Program-made: the position numbers and the translations under genes
Notes under the pieces: model-generated
What the model was told of the DNA's origin: nothing
What the model saw: the letters and a program-made list of their open reading frames with translations, nothing else
The model's database searches: none
Source: Alphaproteobacteria bacterium
Lineage (GTDB): Bacteria; Pseudomonadota; Alphaproteobacteria; UBA828
NCBI GenBank assembly: GCA_965214705.1
Contig: CBDCCI010000002.1
Location: 1,984,001 to 2,048,000, forward strand
DNA length: 64,000 nucleotides
Direction: 5' to 3'
Shown here: positions 1 to 10,762 of the stretch, piece by piece
Position numbering within the stretch: the stretch's first letter is position 1
Layout: every line of letters begins with the position of its first letter

Positions 1-764
1 GGATTGCTCTCGGGCAGGACGATCCGCTCCTTGAGCGAGCACATGTCGTCGCCGTGGGCGCCCGACATCACGTTCTGCATTACTGCGGCGTCGCCCACGC
101 TCCGCGTCATCGGCCCGTAATGGAGCAGCGATTCGATAGGGTGGTCCCGGTCCAGCGGGTTGCGTCCGAACGGCGGCTTGTAGCCGACGACGTGGCAGGC
201 TGCGGCCGGGATGCGGACGGAGCCGCCGGCGTCGGTGCCGTCGGCGAGCACCGTCATGCCTGCGGCGAGCGCTGCGCCGGCGCCGCCCGAGGAGCCGCCG
301 GGCGCGTGATCCAGGCTCCACGGGTTGCGGGTGACGCCCCAAAGCGTGCTCGCGGTGATCGGAGCGTAGGCGAACTCCGGCGTGGTGGTGCGCGCGTGCA
401 TGATGCCGCCGGCGTCCAGCAGCCGGGCGACGGTTGGCGCGGTGCGCTCGGGCCTGTGGTCGGCGAACGCCTTCGAGCCGAAGGTGGTGAGCTCGCCCGC
501 GACCGGGTGAAAGTCCTTGATGGCGACCGGGATCCCCTCCAGCGGCCGCGCCTCTCCGCGCACGTAGGCGGCCTCTGCCGCGCCGGCCTGATCGAGCGCG
601 CGCTCGGCATGGACCTCGGTGAAGGCGTTGAGCGCAGGGTTGACGGCCTCGATCCGCGCCAGCGTCGCCTCCATGAGTGCGACAGGCGAGAGCGTCCCGG
701 CCTTGAACGCGGCAATCGCCTCGGTGGCGGTCAGGGTGCAAAGCTCTCGCGCGGACAAGGTCAT
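1..764 (-). CDS. Amidase-signature family protein (3' end beyond the window)
   Basis: Manual translation from ATG at 764 gives MTLSARELCTLTATEAIAAFKAG...GVTRNPWSLDHAPGGSSGGAGAALAAG...GTDAGGSVRIPAA, which is the amidase signature. It is not in the ORF track. Confidence 0.9.
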   Translation of the reverse strand, partial: MTLSARELCTLTATEAIAAFKAGTLSPVALMEATLARIEAVNPALNAFTEVHAERALDQAGAAEAAYVRGEARPLEGIPVAIKDFHPVAGELTTFGSKAFADHRPERTAPTVARLLDAGGIMHARTTTPEFAYAPITASTLWGVTRNPWSLDHAPGGSSGGAGAALAAGMTVLADGTDAGGSVRIPAAACHVVGYKPPFGRNPLDRDHPIESLLHYGPMTRSVGDAAVMQNVMSGAHGDDMCSLKERIVLPESN

Positions 765-804
765 TCTCTTCTCCCGGCCCTGCCCCGCTGCCCTGGCCCG
801 CCGG

Positions 805-1539
805 CTAGCTCCGGGCGCCGCCGTAGCGCCGCTCGCGGCTCTGGAACTCGCGGATCGCCTGATCGAGGTGATCGAGCGTGAAGTCAGGCCAAAGCGTCGG
901 TACGAAGACGAGCTCGGTGTAGGCCGACTGCCACAGCAGGAAGTTGCTGAGGCGCTGCTCGCCGCTGGTGCGGATCACCAGATCGAGGTCCGGCAGGTCG
1001 CGGGTCTGGAGGTGGCGCTGGACCGTCTCCTCGGAAATCTGGTCGGTATCGAGCGCCCCGTCGCGGACCTGCTCGGCAATCCGGCGCACGGAATCGACGA
1101 TTTCCTGCCGCCCGCCGTAGTTGACGGCGACGGTGAGGGTAATCGTGGCGTTGTGCCGGGTGCTTTCCTCGGCCTCGTCGATGAGGGCGTTGATCTCCCT
1201 GCTCAGCCGCGAGCGGTCGCCGATGAAGGCGATCTGGACGCCGTTGCCTTGCAGGTCGGCAACCTCGCGGCGCAGGTAGAGCCGCAGCAGCCCCATGAGG
1301 TCCGCGACCTCGCCCTCGGGCCGCTTCCAATTCTCCGATGAGAACGCGTAGATGGTGAGGTAGCGGATGCCCCGGTCGGGGCAGCCCCGCAGGATTCTCT
1401 TCACGACCTCGGCGCCGCGCCGGTGCCCTGCCGCTCTCGGCAAACCCCGTGCCCGTGCCCAGCGTCCGTTTCCGTCCAGAATAATGCCGACGTGCAGGCC
1501 GGAATCCTGCTGGTCGGCGAATGACCGCGTGAGCGCCAT
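805..1539 (-). CDS. uppS: Undecaprenyl diphosphate synthase (cis-prenyltransferase)
   Basis: Motifs HVGIILDGNGRWA, YAFSSENWKRP and IRTSGEQRLSNFLLWQSAY; follows frr. Start placed at MALTRS (1539). Confidence 0.95.
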   Translation of the reverse strand: MALTRSFADQQDSGLHVGIILDGNGRWARARGLPRAAGHRRGAEVVKRILRGCPDRGIRYLTIYAFSSENWKRPEGEVADLMGLLRLYLRREVADLQGNGVQIAFIGDRSRLSREINALIDEAEESTRHNATITLTVAVNYGGRQEIVDSVRRIAEQVRDGALDTDQISEETVQRHLQTRDLPDLDLVIRTSGEQRLSNFLLWQSAYTELVFVPTLWPDFTLDHLDQAIREFQSRERRYGGARS

Positions 1540-1541
1540 GT

Positions 1542-2099
1542 TCAGACCTGCAAAATCTCCTGTTCCTTGGCCTCGAACATCTCGGTCATCTTCTTGACGA
1601 ACCCGTCGGTCATCTCCTGAATTTCGCCTGCCCACAGCCGCGATTCGTCCTCGCCGAGCTCGCCGGCGCGCTCCATCTTCTTGAGCTGATCCATGCCGTC
1701 GCGCCGGACGTTTCGCACCGCCACCTTGGCCTGCTCCGCATACTTGCCGGCAACTTTGGCGAGTTCGTGGCGGCGTTCCTCGTTCAGCTCCGGAATCGGA
1801 ATGCGGAGCGACTGGCCGTCCACGATCGGGTTGAGCCCGAGATCGGAGGAGCGGATTGCTTTTTCGACGGCCTTCACCTGCGTCTTGTCCCAGACCTGGA
1901 CCGAGAGCATGCGCGGCTCGGGGACGTTGATGGTCGCGACCTGGTTGAGGGGCATCTCCGTCTCGTAGGCCTCGACCACGATGGGCTCCAGCAGGCTCAA
2001 GGACGCCCGCCCGGTGCGGAGACCGCCCAACTCCTTCCGGAGCGCCTCGACGGCGCCGTTCATCCGGCGTTCCAGGTCGTCGAGATCAGGATCGGCCAT
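1542..2099 (-). CDS. frr: Ribosome recycling factor
   Basis: Motifs [16 protein letters not shown] and [11 protein letters not shown]; lies between pyrH and uppS. Confidence 0.97.
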   Translation of the reverse strand: MADPDLDDLERRMNGAVEALRKELGGLRTGRASLSLLEPIVVEAYETEMPLNQVATINVPEPRMLSVQVWDKTQVKAVEKAIRSSDLGLNPIVDGQSLRIPIPELNEERRHELAKVAGKYAEQAKVAVRNVRRDGMDQLKKMERAGELGEDESRLWAGEIQEMTDGFVKKMTEMFEAKEQEILQV

Positions 2100-2109
2100 C
2101 GCGGCAGCC

Positions 2110-2829
2110 CTAGTCAGAGATGACGGTGAAGGGTCCGTTCCCGTCCAGCACGGCGGCGAGCCCGCCCTTCTTCTGAATGGAGAATACCACAATCGGAATG
2201 TCGTTTTCCCGCGCCAGCGAGATCGCCGACGCGTCCATGGCCTTCAGGTCCTTGGAGAGCACGTCCATGTAGGAAAGCCGCTCGAAGCGCGTCGCGGCGG
2301 CATCGACCTCGGGGTCGGCGGCGTAGACTCCGTCGACCTTGGTGCCCTTGAGCAGGGCGTCGCAGCCCATCTCGGCGGCCCGCAGCGCCGCGGCAGTATC
2401 GGTGGTGAAGAAGGGATTGCCGGTGCCGCCGGCGAAGAGCACGATTCGCCCCTTCTCCAGATGGCGCTGCCCGCGCCGGCGAATGTAGGGCTCGCAGACT
2501 GGCGCGATGGGCAGCGCAGAGAGCACCCGCGTGGCCTTGCCCATGCGCTCCAGCGCATGCTGCATGGCGACCGCGTTCATCACCGTCGCCAGCATGCCAA
2601 TGTAGTCGGCGGTGGCGCGTTCCATGCCGGCGGCCTCGTGGGAGGAGCCGCGAAAGATGTTGCCACCGCCGACCACGGCGCAGACCTCCACGCCCCTCTC
2701 GTGGACCTCGGCGATCTCGCCCGCGAGCCGATCCACCGCGTCGCCATTGATGCCGTAGGGTTCGTCTCCCCGCAGCGCCTCGCCGGATATCTTCAGGAGG
2801 ATGCGCTTGAAGCGGGGAGAAGCGGTCAT
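2110..2829 (-). CDS. pyrH: UMP kinase
   Basis: Motifs [19 protein letters not shown] and [17 protein letters not shown]. Confidence 0.97.
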   Translation of the reverse strand: MTASPRFKRILLKISGEALRGDEPYGINGDAVDRLAGEIAEVHERGVEVCAVVGGGNIFRGSSHEAAGMERATADYIGMLATVMNAVAMQHALERMGKATRVLSALPIAPVCEPYIRRRGQRHLEKGRIVLFAGGTGNPFFTTDTAAALRAAEMGCDALLKGTKVDGVYAADPEVDAAATRFERLSYMDVLSKDLKAMDASAISLARENDIPIVVFSIQKKGGLAAVLDGNGPFTVISD

Positions 2830-2857
2830 CGCCGGCTCCAGGGCAGAAGGCTGATAT

Positions 2858-3784
2858 TCAAGAACCGAGCTGCTCGGCGACCTCGGCGGCGAAGTCCTTG
2901 CTTTCCCGCTCGATCCCCTCGCCCAGCTGGTAGCGGACGAAGCCGCTCACGGAGACCGAGGTGCCAAGGTCGGCGGTAAGCCGCTCCAGCACCGCTTTCA
3001 CCCGGCTCTCACCATCGAGTATCCAGGTCTGCTCAAGCAGTACGACCTCCTCGAAGAACTTGCGCAGCCTGCCCTCGATCATCTTCTCGATGATCTTCTC
3101 GGGCTTGCCCTCGGCGCGGGCCTGCTCCGCGAGCACCGCGCGCTCGCGCTCGACCATCGCCTGATCGAGCGAATCGCGCGAGACCGCATGGGGGCTCGCG
3201 GCCGCGATGTGCATGGCAAACTCGTGGGCGGGACGAGCGAGGCTCTCGGCAGACGCGTCCGATTCGACCGCGACGATCACGCCGAGCCGGCCCAGTCCCG
3301 GCGTTGCCGGCATGTGGATGTAGTCGCCGACGGCGCCCGAGGGCGTGGAGAGCACCGCCGTCCGCCGCAGCTGAATGTTCTCGCCGATGGTGGCGACGAG
3401 ATTGGTGATTTCCTCGGCGACCGTGCGGCCGGTCCCCGGATAGGACGCTGCGGAGAGGCGCTCGATATCGCCGTCGCAATCCAGCGCCAATGTCGCGACC
3501 TCGCGCACCACCGCCTGAAAGTCACCGTTGCGCGCGACGAAATCGGTCTCGGCGTTGATCTCGACCATCGCTGCCTTGCCCGGCGCCGTCGCCAGCCCGA
3601 TCAGCCCTTCGGCTGCGGTGCGGCCCGCCTTGCGCTGGGCCTGGGCGAGGCCGCTCTTGCGCAGCCAGTCCACCGCAGCTTCCAGTTCGCCATCGGTCTC
3701 GGTCAGCGCCTTCTTGCAATCCATCATGCCGGCGCCGGTCTTGTCGCGCAGTTGCTTGACCAGCGCGGCCGTGATCTGAGCCAT
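2858..3784 (-). CDS. tsf: Elongation factor Ts
   Basis: Motifs [19 protein letters not shown] and ETDFVARN. Confidence 0.98.
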   Translation of the reverse strand: MAQITAALVKQLRDKTGAGMMDCKKALTETDGELEAAVDWLRKSGLAQAQRKAGRTAAEGLIGLATAPGKAAMVEINAETDFVARNGDFQAVVREVATLALDCDGDIERLSAASYPGTGRTVAEEITNLVATIGENIQLRRTAVLSTPSGAVGDYIHMPATPGLGRLGVIVAVESDASAESLARPAHEFAMHIAAASPHAVSRDSLDQAMVERERAVLAEQARAEGKPEKIIEKMIEGRLRKFFEEVVLLEQTWILDGESRVKAVLERLTADLGTSVSVSGFVRYQLGEGIERESKDFAAEVAEQLGS

Positions 3785-3813
3785 CGTTCGCTACTCCTGA
3801 ATGCGCGGCGCGA

Positions 3814-4782
3814 TCACGCGCCTGCCGCCTGCTCTGCCTCTCCGCCCTCCGGCGCTGCGGTCGCTTCGGCCGCCTGAGCCGCTTCCGGAGCTTCCGGTGT
3901 AGTCGGCGCGTCGGGTGCCTCGGCCGCCTCCGGTGTCGCGGCGGTATCCGCAGGGGCTTCCGGCGCCGCATCGCCATCGGCCGGTGACTTCTCGGCCTCC
4001 GCGGCAACCTCTGCGGGTGCCTCGGCATCGGCCGGCGGCAGATCCTCGGCCAGCCCTTCCTCGGCAGCGCCAATGTCGGCGCCGGAGGCGGCAAGCTCCT
4101 CTTGCAGGCCGTCGATGACCGCGCGGGCGAACAGGTCGCAATAGAGGTTGATCGCGCGGATGGCGTCGTCGTTGCCGGGAACCGGGTGGGTGATGAGGTC
4201 GGGATCGCAATTGCTGTCGATGATCGCGACCACCGGGATGCCCAGCTTGCGCGCCTCCAGGATTGCGATGTCTTCCTTGTTGGTGTCGATGACCACGAGC
4301 ATGTCCGGCACGCCGCCCATGTCGCGAATGCCGCCGAGCGCGAGGTCGAGCTTGTTGCGGCGCCGCACCAGCTGCAGCATCTCCTTCTTGGTCAGGCCCG
4401 CGCTCTCGTCGGCAAGCGTCGCTTCGAGGTCAGCGAGCGTCTTGATTGAGCCCGAGATCGCCTTCCAGTTGGTCAGCATCCCGCCCAGCCAGCGGTGGTT
4501 GACGTAATACTGGCCGCAACGCTTGGCGGTCTCCGCGATCGGGCGCGAGGCCTGCCGCTTGGTGCCGACGAACAGGATTCGCCCACCCCCGGCAGCCACG
4601 TCGCGCAGGGAAACCAGCGCCTGATGAAGCAGCGGCACGGTCTGTTCGAGATCGATGACGTGAACGCCGTTGCGCGCGCCGAACAGATAGGGGCGCATCT
4701 TCGGGTTCCAACGCCGGGTCTGGTGCCCGAAATGCACGCCGGCTTCGAGCAGCTGGCGCATGGTGAATTCTGGCAAAGCCAT
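3814..4782 (-). CDS. rpsB: 30S ribosomal protein S2 with a long Ala/Glu/Pro-rich C-terminal tail
   Basis: Motifs [28 protein letters not shown] and [10 protein letters not shown]. Confidence 0.98.
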   Translation of the reverse strand: MALPEFTMRQLLEAGVHFGHQTRRWNPKMRPYLFGARNGVHVIDLEQTVPLLHQALVSLRDVAAGGGRILFVGTKRQASRPIAETAKRCGQYYVNHRWLGGMLTNWKAISGSIKTLADLEATLADESAGLTKKEMLQLVRRRNKLDLALGGIRDMGGVPDMLVVIDTNKEDIAILEARKLGIPVVAIIDSNCDPDLITHPVPGNDDAIRAINLYCDLFARAVIDGLQEELAASGADIGAAEEGLAEDLPPADAEAPAEVAAEAEKSPADGDAAPEAPADTAATPEAAEAPDAPTTPEAPEAAQAAEATAAPEGGEAEQAAGA

Positions 4783-4787
4783 TGGCC

Positions 4788-4882
4788 GTCCTTTCTCCGG
4801 TTCCTCCTCCGCGGATCATGCCCCGGCTGGGCCGGGCACCGGATCGGCACGCTCTCCGAGAGTGCCGTCTTCCGCGTGTGAA
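4788..4882 (-). ncRNA. Probable rpsB 5' leader (t44-like autoregulatory structured RNA)
   Basis: The minus strand reads CACACGCGGA...hairpin GGCACTCTCGGAGAGCGTGCC...TCCGCGGAGGAGGAACC, with paired CGCGGA/TCCGCG ends just upstream of rpsB. A TTGCGC-N17-TATCAA promoter-like site lies at about 4908-4936. Confidence 0.6.
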
Positions 4883-4950
4883 TTCCTGCTCTACGCAGGT
4901 GGGCGCTTGATAGCGCCGGCGCCCCCGGCGCGCAAGGCCTGAACCGGCCT

Positions 4951-7900
4951 TTAGCCGGCCCGCGCCGCCGAGAGCTCCTGGACGGTCGTGACCCCGGCAA
5001 GCGCGCCGATCTCACCACCGAGAGTAGGGCTGAGCGCGTAGGATTCGGGCAGCTCGACCTCCACCGTGCCCTCCCCGCCGGTCTCGACGAAGAGCGCGAT
5101 TCGCCCGCCGCCCGCAGGACGGTTGGCGAGCATCGCGCCCAGCGGCTCCAGCGCGGCCGGATCGTGCACGAAGACCGCGAGACCCGTGAGATTTCGCGAA
5201 AGCCGCGCCTCCAGATCGTCGAAACTCTGAGCGGAGAGCTTGACCTCCTCGCCCTCGATGCGGGCCTGCGCGGTCACCAGCACCGGCTTGCCGGGCTCAA
5301 GCACATCGCGGCCCTCGCCGTAGGTCTCGCGGAAAGCGGCCACCTCGAAGCTGCCGCTCGGGTCGGATAGCTGGATGAAGGCGTAGCGCCGCGAGCCCGG
5401 CCCGCGCTCCCTGACGTTCAGCACCATGCCAGCGAGGCGGAAGCGCGTGATACCCCGCGCCACCTGCTGCGCCACCTCGGCGGCGGACGTGACCGAGAGG
5501 CCCTTCAGCGCGTCCTGGTAGGAATCGAGAGGATGGGCGGAGAGATAGAAGCCGACCGCTTCCTGCTCGGCGGCGAGCCTCTCGTTTTCGTCCCAATCCT
5601 CCTGCTCTGGCAGGCGCGGCCTGGGCGCGAGCGTCGCATCGGCCTCGTCGAAGAGCGAGGCCTGCGAACGCGAAGCCTTGGCCTGTCCCGAATAGGCCAG
5701 AAGGACCTCGGCACCGTCCGCCATCTGCTTGCGGTTCGACGTGAGGCTGTCGAAGGCGCCGGCCTTGGCCAGATTCTCGATCTGGCGGCGGTTGATCTGA
5801 TGCGGATCGACCCGACCGGCGAGGTCGAAGGGATCGGCAAACGGCCCGTTGGCCGTCCGCTCATCGGCCAGCGCCGTCATCGCCTGCACGCCGACGTTCC
5901 TGATCGCGCCGAGGGCGTAGCGGATTGCCTTGGTGCCGTCGGCCTGGCTCTCGACCGAGAAGGTCGCCCGCGAGGCGTTGATATCCGGCGGCAGCAGGGG
6001 AATTCCGAGCCGCTCCAGCTCCCGGCGGAACAATTCCAGCCGGTCGGTGTTGTTGATCTCCAGGCTCATCGAGGCGGCCATGAACTCGACCGGGTGGTTG
6101 GCCTTGAGATACGCGGTCTGGTAAGCGACCAGCGCGTAGGCCGCGGCGTGGGACTTGTTGAAGCCGTAGCCCGCGAACTTCGCCACCAGCTCGAAGATGC
6201 GGGTCGCATCATTGCGGGCGACCTCGTTGGCAAGGGCGCCGTTCACGAAGGTCTCCCGCTGGGCGTCCATCTCCGCCTTGATCTTCTTGCCCATGGCGCG
6301 GCGCAGCAGGTCGGCGGAGCCCAGACTGTAGCCGGCGAGCACCTTGGCGATCTCCATCACCTGCTCCTGGTAGATGATGACGCCAAAAGTCTCCTCCAGC
6401 AGACCGGTCAGCATGGGGTGCAGATAGTCCGGCTTCTCCTTGCCGTGCTTGCAGGCGATGTAGCGGGGAATGTTGTCCATCGGGCCTGGGCGGTAGAGCG
6501 CGACGAGGGCGATGATGTCCTCGATGCTATCGGGCTTGAGGTTGCGCAGCGCGTCCCTCATGCCGGCACTTTCCAGCTGGAACACCCCCATGGCGGCGCC
6601 GCTGCCCAGCATCTCGTAGGTCTTCCGATCGTCGAGCGGGAGCGCATCGATATCGATCTCGACGTCGGCCTCGTGCAGCATCGCGCTCGCATGATCGAGC
6701 ACGGTGAGCGTCTTGAGACCCAGCAGGTCGAACTTCACCAGCCCGGACATCTCGGCGTACTTCATCGAGAACTGGGTCGCCGGCATCTCGGAGCGCGGGT
6801 CGCGATAGAGAGGCACGAGTTCGCTGAGCGGCCTATCGCCGATCACGATGCCCGCGGCGTGAGTCGAGGCGTGGCGGTACAGCCCTTCGAGCTGGAGCGA
6901 GATCTCGATCAGGCGCGCGACGGCCGCATCTTCGTCGCGCTCGGCCTTGAGCCAGGGTTCGTTGTCCAGCGCCTGCTGCAGGGTCACCGGGTTGGCGGGG
7001 TTGTAGGGGACCAGCTTGCAGAGCCGGTCGACCCGGCCGTAGCTGAGGCCGAGCACGCGGCCGACATCGCGGAGCACCGCGCGGGCCTGGAGCTTGCCGA
7101 AGGTGATGATCTGGGCGACGCGGTCCTTGCCGTAGCGCCGGCAGACGTAGTCGATCACCTCGTCGCGGCGCTCGGGGCAGAAGTCGATGTCGAAGTCAGG
7201 CATCGACACCCGCTCGGGATTGAGAAAGCGCTCGAACAGGAGACCGAAGCGGAGCGGGTCGAGATCGGTGATGGTGAGGCTCCAGGCCACCACGGAGCCC
7301 GCGCCCGAGCCCCGGCCGGGGCCGACCGGAATCCCCTCGCCCCGCGCCCAGCGCACGATATCGGCGACGATGAGGAAGTAGCCCGCGAACTGCATCTCGA
7401 TGATGACGCCGAGCTCGTAGCCGAGGCGCTCGCGATAGGGCGCCGCCGCTGCCTTGCGTGCCGCATCGTCCATGTCCGCGCTGTAGACCTGCGCTTCCAG
7501 GCGGCGCTCCAGCCCCGCCTCGGCCTGGGCGCGCAGGGCGTCGGCCTCGCTCGCGTCGCCGGCGGTGGAAAAGACCGGCAGGATCGGCTTCCGCGTCGGT
7601 GCCATGACGGCGCAGCGCCGGGCGACGACCAGGGTGTTGTCGACGGCCTCCGGCAGGTCGGCGAAGAGCGCTCGCATCTCGTCTGCCGGGCGGAAGCGGT
7701 GCTGCGGGGTGAGCCGGCGCCGGTTCTCGTCCTCGACATGGCTGTTCTGGGCGATGCAGAGAAGCGCGTCATGGGCCTCGTATGTTTCTTCGCGCAGGAA
7801 ATAGGCGTCGTTGGTCGCGACCAGCGGCATGTCGAGTTCATCGGCGAGCGCGATCAGCCGCGCCTCGATCTGCTCCTCCTCCGGCAGACCGTGGCGCATG

Positions 7901-8424
7901 AGCTCGACATAGAGCCGGGCGGGAAAGATCTCGCCGAGCTGCTCCAACAGCGCGCGCGCGGCCTTGACCTGACCGTCGATGAGCAGACGCCCGACCGGCC
8001 CGGCGGGGCCGCCGGTGAGCGCCAGCAGACCCTCCGCCCGCACCGCCAGCTCGTCCAGGGTAACAAGAGGCTGCCCGCCGGCGCCGTCCTGCAGGTAGGC
8101 GTCGCTGGTCAGCGCGGTCAGGTTTCGGTAGCCGGTCTCGTCCTGGGCAAGCAGCAGGAGCCACGATGCCTCACGGCTCTGCTGGCCGGGTTGCTCGGTG
8201 CGCGTGCCGATCGCGAGGTCGCAGCCGACGATGGGCTGCACGCCGGCCCCGCTGCAGGCCTCCGAGAAGGCCAGGGCGCCGAACATGTTGCCGCGGTCGG
8301 CGATGGCGCAGGCGGGCATCCGCCAGTCGCGGCAGGTCTCGACCAGCTCGTCGAGCCTGATCGCGCCCTCCAGCAGCGAATAGGCGGTGCGGACCCTGAG
8401 GTGGACGAAATCGGCGTGGCTCAT
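4951..8424 (-). CDS. dnaE: DNA polymerase III alpha subunit
   Basis: 1157 aa; PHP N-terminus (FVHLRVRTAYSLLEG), GPGRGSGAGS, FERFLNPERVSMPDFDIDF and YGFNKSHAAAY. Confidence 0.98.
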   Translation of the reverse strand: MSHADFVHLRVRTAYSLLEGAIRLDELVETCRDWRMPACAIADRGNMFGALAFSEACSGAGVQPIVGCDLAIGTRTEQPGQQSREASWLLLLAQDETGYRNLTALTSDAYLQDGAGGQPLVTLDELAVRAEGLLALTGGPAGPVGRLLIDGQVKAARALLEQLGEIFPARLYVELMRHGLPEEEQIEARLIALADELDMPLVATNDAYFLREETYEAHDALLCIAQNSHVEDENRRRLTPQHRFRPADEMRALFADLPEAVDNTLVVARRCAVMAPTRKPILPVFSTAGDASEADALRAQAEAGLERRLEAQVYSADMDDAARKAAAAPYRERLGYELGVIIEMQFAGYFLIVADIVRWARGEGIPVGPGRGSGAGSVVAWSLTITDLDPLRFGLLFERFLNPERVSMPDFDIDFCPERRDEVIDYVCRRYGKDRVAQIITFGKLQARAVLRDVGRVLGLSYGRVDRLCKLVPYNPANPVTLQQALDNEPWLKAERDEDAAVARLIEISLQLEGLYRHASTHAAGIVIGDRPLSELVPLYRDPRSEMPATQFSMKYAEMSGLVKFDLLGLKTLTVLDHASAMLHEADVEIDIDALPLDDRKTYEMLGSGAAMGVFQLESAGMRDALRNLKPDSIEDIIALVALYRPGPMDNIPRYIACKHGKEKPDYLHPMLTGLLEETFGVIIYQEQVMEIAKVLAGYSLGSADLLRRAMGKKIKAEMDAQRETFVNGALANEVARNDATRIFELVAKFAGYGFNKSHAAAYALVAYQTAYLKANHPVEFMAASMSLEINNTDRLELFRRELERLGIPLLPPDINASRATFSVESQADGTKAIRYALGAIRNVGVQAMTALADERTANGPFADPFDLAGRVDPHQINRRQIENLAKAGAFDSLTSNRKQMADGAEVLLAYSGQAKASRSQASLFDEADATLAPRPRLPEQEDWDENERLAAEQEAVGFYLSAHPLDSYQDALKGLSVTSAAEVAQQVARGITRFRLAGMVLNVRERGPGSRRYAFIQLSDPSGSFEVAAFRETYGEGRDVLEPGKPVLVTAQARIEGEEVKLSAQSFDDLEARLSRNLTGLAVFVHDPAALEPLGAMLANRPAGGGRIALFVETGGEGTVEVELPESYALSPTLGGEIGALAGVTTVQELSAARAG

Positions 8425-8598
8425 GGCAGGGTCCTAACGAATCGATGGACAGCGCGAACACTCGATAGATGCCACAGGGCGCCGCCGCGGTCACGCGCTG
8501 CGGCCATGCGGGGACGTCGGGACAGCGAGCGATGGCCCGACGGGGCGCACTTTGCTAGACTCCAAGGATTCTAGCGAATGGACTGGGAGCCGGGCGCG

Positions 8599-9249
8599 AT
8601 GGACGACACCGGAGAGACACGCGTTTTCGAGCAGGAAGACGACCTGCGCGAGACCATGGGCGAGACCATGGAAATCTCGGTGAAGAAGTGCATCCCCTCG
8701 TTGGACAAGCACTGCAAGGATTTCATCAGCCGCTCGCCGTTTCTCTGCATCGGCACCAGCGGCGAAAGCGGCCGCGCCGACGTCTCGCCGCGCGGCGACC
8801 CACCGGGCTTCGTTCAGGTGCTCGACGACAACACGCTCTTCATCCCGGACCGGCCCGGCAACAACCGGCTCGACACGATGACCAACATCATCGAGAACCC
8901 GAACGTCGGCCTGCTGTTTCTGGTCCCCGGCTTCGACGACACGCTGCGGGTGAACGGCAAGGCAACGATCATCCGCGACGAGGCGCTGGCCCAGGCAACC
9001 GTGGTCAAAGGCAAGGAGCCGAAGGTCGGCATCAAGGTCGAGGTCCAAGAAGCCTTCCTGCACTGCGCCAAGGCGTTCAAGCGCTCGCGGCTCTGGGACG
9101 AAGAGAGCAGGCAGAACCGCCGCGAGATGCCGTCACTGGGCCGTATCATCCTGGAGCAGACGGCGCCGCCGGAGGAGCCGCCTTCGGAGGAGACGGTCAA
9201 GGAGACCGACGAGTTCGTCGAGGAGAACTATCGCACCGAACTTTACTGA
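8599..9249 (+). CDS. Pyridoxamine 5'-phosphate oxidase-like FMN-binding protein
   Basis: Motifs DVSPRGDPPGFV, IPDRPGNNRLDT and FLHCAKAFKRSRLW, typical of this split-barrel family. Confidence 0.85.
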   Translation: MDDTGETRVFEQEDDLRETMGETMEISVKKCIPSLDKHCKDFISRSPFLCIGTSGESGRADVSPRGDPPGFVQVLDDNTLFIPDRPGNNRLDTMTNIIENPNVGLLFLVPGFDDTLRVNGKATIIRDEALAQATVVKGKEPKVGIKVEVQEAFLHCAKAFKRSRLWDEESRQNRREMPSLGRIILEQTAPPEEPPSEETVKETDEFVEENYRTELY

Positions 9250-9348
9250 GGAGGCGGGCACACACCCGTTTACGACGACCCGCCACGGGAGCCGGGACGC
9301 CGGCCGAGCCGGCCTCTAGAGGTGCATGACAGCAGCAGGAGCTTCGCC

Positions 9349-9900
9349 ATGGAACGGATCGATGTCAGCCCCGAGTACATGGAGAGCGAGCGAGTCGCCC
9401 GCTACAAGGACCTGAAGTCGAGCGCCCACGCGTTCGTCGATGCGCTCATTCCGGGCTACGAGCGCGACATCTACAACATCATCGGCCGCGGCGTGGTCGA
9501 GGACAAAGAGCTCAAGCCCCCGATCATCGACAACCGCGACTTCAATGTCGGCCTGATCAAGGCCGAGCCCGGCAAGGGCGCCTCGCTGCACATTCACGAG
9601 ACCAACGAGGTGTTCATTCCGCTGACCGGCAAGTGGGGCATCTACTGGCAGAACAGCGACGGCCAGCGGCACGAGGTGGTGCTGGAGCCCTATGACACCG
9701 TCTCGGTCCCCATCGGCGCGAGCCGGGGCTTCCGCAACGCAGGCGACGAGACGGCGCTCATGCTGGCGGTGGTGGGCGGCACCGATCCGGGCAAGGTGCA
9801 CTGGCCCGAGGAGACCATCGAGGAGGGGCGGCGCTACGGCATCGGCCTCGACGAGCACGGCGACCTCGTGCTGCTCGAGGGCTCTCAAGCGGCAGAGTGA
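9349..9900 (+). CDS. Cupin-domain protein
   Basis: Cupin motifs PGKGASLHIHETNEVF and DTVSVPIGASRGFRN; AGGAG RBS before ATG 9349. Confidence 0.8.
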   Translation: MERIDVSPEYMESERVARYKDLKSSAHAFVDALIPGYERDIYNIIGRGVVEDKELKPPIIDNRDFNVGLIKAEPGKGASLHIHETNEVFIPLTGKWGIYWQNSDGQRHEVVLEPYDTVSVPIGASRGFRNAGDETALMLAVVGGTDPGKVHWPEETIEEGRRYGIGLDEHGDLVLLEGSQAAE

Positions 9901-9939
9901 TCCCGACCGGGCGGCGGGGCGGCCCCTTCGTCCCGCCGC

Positions 9940-9967
9940 TTGACAGTTTGGAACCGCGCGGTAATGT
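9940..9967 (+). promoter_or_regulatory. Sigma70-type promoter of rpmG
   Basis: TTGACA-N16-TAATGT upstream of rpmG, immediately after a GC hairpin (9911-9939) that likely ends the cupin transcript. Confidence 0.55.
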
Positions 9968-10004
9968 CGCCGCGTCCGCGACACCAAATAGCCGAGCATA
10001 ACCA

Positions 10005-10172
10005 ATGGCCAAGGCCAACAGTATCCTGATCAAGCTCGTCAGCTCGGCGGGTACGGGGTTCTACTACACGACACGCAAGAACCCGCGCACCCAGACCGAG
10101 AAGCTTTCGCTCCGCAAGTTCGACCCCGTCGCCCGCAAGCACGTGGTCTTCAAGGAAGCGAAGATCAAATAG
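10005..10172 (+). CDS. rpmG: 50S ribosomal protein L33 (Cys-free form)
   Basis: Manual translation gives [55 protein letters not shown] (55 aa). It is absent from the ORF track because it is short. Confidence 0.97.
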   Translation: MAKANSILIKLVSSAGTGFYYTTRKNPRTQTEKLSLRKFDPVARKHVVFKEAKIK

Positions 10173-10189
10173 AACCCGCAGGATTCTGC

Positions 10190-10675
10190 ATGTCTTCCGG
10201 GCTGCACCGCCGGCGCGCCGGCGGGGCGTTGGGGCTCGCGGCAGGTCTGCTTCTGTCGCTGGCGCTCGTGCATGCATCCGTCCCCGCGCGGGCGGACATG
10301 CAGGCGGGCTGGCAGGCGTACACGGCCGGCGATTACGAGACGGCCATCGGCGAATGGCAGCCGCTGGCCGAAGCCGGCAATTTTCAGGCGGCCTACGCGC
10401 TCGGCATGGCCTATCAGATCAAGGGCGAGCCCGCTGACGCAGTGCCCTGGTACGAGCAGGCGGCCAGCGCCGGGTTGACCGAGGCGCAGATCCTGCTCGG
10501 CACGATGTATGCGCGCGGCAGCGAGGTCCCCCGCGACCTCGTGCGCGCCTACGCCTGGCTTCACCGGGCGGCCGAGAAGAAGAGCCCGAATGCCCAGCTG
10601 ATCCTCGAGTCCGTCGCGGCGCTGATGACCGCCGAAGAGATCGAGGAGGCGAAGGCGCTGAGCGCGACGCTGTAG
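10190..10675 (+). CDS. Exported Sel1-repeat protein
   Basis: Signal-like N-terminus; Sel1 repeats AAYALGMAY...WYEQAASAG and AQILLGTMYARGSEVPRDLVRAYAWL. Confidence 0.85.
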   Translation: MSSGLHRRRAGGALGLAAGLLLSLALVHASVPARADMQAGWQAYTAGDYETAIGEWQPLAEAGNFQAAYALGMAYQIKGEPADAVPWYEQAASAGLTEAQILLGTMYARGSEVPRDLVRAYAWLHRAAEKKSPNAQLILESVAALMTAEEIEEAKALSATL

Positions 10676-10762
10676 GGGCGCTTGTTCTCCAGCGGTAGCT
10701 CGTGCGCCGGGCCACGCCGGTGCCCCGATCGAGAAGTTTCACTGACAAGGCACCCCAATTCA

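Noticed and set aside
3814-4080. Repetitive Ala/Glu/Pro tail of S2
   Set aside because: Low-complexity acidic tails are common on alphaproteobacterial S2.
5533-8574. 1013-aa + strand ORF and similar long antisense ORFs (16291-18897, 22130-24556, 27052-29406, 54001-55992)
   Set aside because: These are shadow frames of real genes in high-GC DNA and have no recognisable motifs.
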